64,000 bases of DNA, from the NCBI GenBank assembly GCA_016183535.1, contig JACPEK010000004.1:8592-72591 (forward strand), read 5' to 3'. The DNA comes from Candidatus Brennerbacteria bacterium (lineage in GTDB: Bacteria; Patescibacteriota; Minisyncoccia; UBA6257; GWB1-50-10). Below the pieces are notes generated by a model. It saw only the letters and a list, made by a program, of their open reading frames with translations, was not told the origin of the DNA and did no database searches. The position numbers and the translations under genes are program-made. Below are positions 63,311-64,000 of the stretch, in pieces. How positions within the stretch are numbered: position 1 is the stretch's first letter; each line of letters opens with the position of its first letter.

Positions 63311-63685
63311 ATGCCCATGGAGGAACCAAAAAACAAATTCACGGAGAGTGAGATGATCGTCGGCGGCTTCGCGTTCCTTGGCGTGGACGCAGTGTGCCTC
63401 GCGCTCGATTTGACGGGTGTGGGAATCGCGCTTACCCCTTTCCTCCAGGGCGCGGCGACGTTCTTTGTTGAGTGGTGGGTAAAATCAAAATCGGGATCGT
63501 GGGGCGCGTTGGACTTGAAAAGGGTGGCAAAATATCTCGCGAACGCAATACCGTTTTTTCCCACCGTACTTTTTATTTTTATTGTCTCCGCGTTCATTCA
63601 TAACCATCCGGAAAAACTCCGCGTGTTCGAAAAAGCGGCGGCGGGGAAGGGCGGCGGGACGGCGAAAGCCGCCGGAGGGGTATAA
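63311..63685 (+). CDS. Small membrane protein (two TM helices, Gly/Ala/Lys-rich tail)
   Basis: 124 aa, directly after the VirB4-like gene. Confidence 0.45.
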   Translation: MPMEEPKNKFTESEMIVGGFAFLGVDAVCLALDLTGVGIALTPFLQGAATFFVEWWVKSKSGSWGALDLKRVAKYLANAIPFFPTVLFIFIVSAFIHNHPEKLRVFEKAAAGKGGGTAKAAGGV

Positions 63686-63699
63686 TGAAACAGTAATAC

Positions 63700-64000
63700 A
63701 TGAAACGCACGATTTTCTTCGTCACAGGAGTCCTCCTCATTATGGGGTTCGCCGAGGGCGCGTGGGCGCAAACCGCCGTGGAACCCCAACTGATCCTCAC
63801 CTGGCAAGCGTATAGTTTTCGCCCTTTTTCATACTCCGGAAAAACGCTTCCTGCGGCCGGTACGCCCATTGCGGTTGCACTTGCTGCCGTGCGAAACGGG
63901 CAGTTCTTGGATCTCACGCGGGCAAAAATTTCGTGGTATCTCGATGGGGAATTTGAGGCGGGGGGGGTAAATCTCGCCGAGTTTCGTTTCTCGGCTCGCG
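63700..64000 (+). CDS. Partial CDS (5' end): secreted protein with signal peptide, continues beyond the window
   Basis: MKRTIFFVTGVLLIMGFAEGAWAQTAVEP… has no stop before the window end and is absent from the ORF track. Confidence 0.45.
   Translation, partial: MKRTIFFVTGVLLIMGFAEGAWAQTAVEPQLILTWQAYSFRPFSYSGKTLPAAGTPIAVALAAVRNGQFLDLTRAKISWYLDGEFEAGGVNLAEFRFSAR

Noticed and set aside
1-64000. CRISPR arrays, rRNA genes, IS elements or transposases, prophage genes
   Set aside because: No regularly spaced direct repeats, no transposase- or phage-like proteins, and no rRNA-like sequence were seen in any frame or strand.

Overview
This 64-kb window reads as a gene-dense chromosomal segment of a small-genome bacterium, most consistent with Candidate Phyla Radiation / Patescibacteria, though unusually GC-rich for that group. 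All assignments come from reading the supplied ORF translations and the raw sequence; no database search was possible. Evidence for a Patescibacteria-like origin: a single-chain GlyRS, a short ValRS, an H+-pyrophosphatase, many small secreted or membrane hypotheticals, TrbC/VirB2-like pilin paralogs, and AT-rich intergenic islands in a high-GC coding background. Most of the window is housekeeping genes: leuS, tatD, a metG that is frame-disrupted, an AI-2E transporter, an M16 peptidase, glyQS, recO, a GT2 glycosyltransferase, doxX, tsaD, nusA, hppA, murD, hsp20, prsW, valS, yraN, ftsK, a RodZ-like HTH protein, recA, folD, glyA, a DEDD exonuclease, ftsH, an S1-domain protein, gyrA, rpsO, pnp, a DksA/TraR-family protein, comM/yifB and rsmA. 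Three tRNAs are present: Val(UAC), an unusual Ile-like tRNA with anticodon UAU, and Leu(UAG). Accessory-looking content: (i) an orphan family-1 solute-binding protein followed by three tandem TrbC/VirB2-like pilin paralogs (41.4-43.9 kb); (ii) an SPFH/NfeD-like pair; (iii) a tRNA-Leu, small ORF and Xer-like tyrosine recombinase junction; (iv) a NYN-domain gene inserted between rpsO and pnp; (v) from about 54 kb to the window end, a tightly packed cluster that looks like a Gram-positive-style (Tn916/Tcp-like) type IV secretion or conjugation-like apparatus, with secreted and Cys-rich proteins, a VirB6-like polytopic protein, a VirB3-like two-TM protein and a VirB4-like ATPase encoded as two ORFs in different frames. 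Other sequence-level oddities: a roughly 33-nt near-identical A-rich segment present in frame in both tsaD and rsmA, belonging to a 9-bp-period A-tract repeat family that also forms an array upstream of yraN; an in-frame direct-repeat plus palindrome element inside folD; and several palindromes sharing a GCTATAC...GTATAGC core. No CRISPR array, rRNA, transposase or obvious prophage was seen. Coordinates for RNA, terminator and repeat features were counted by eye and may be off by 1-2 nt.
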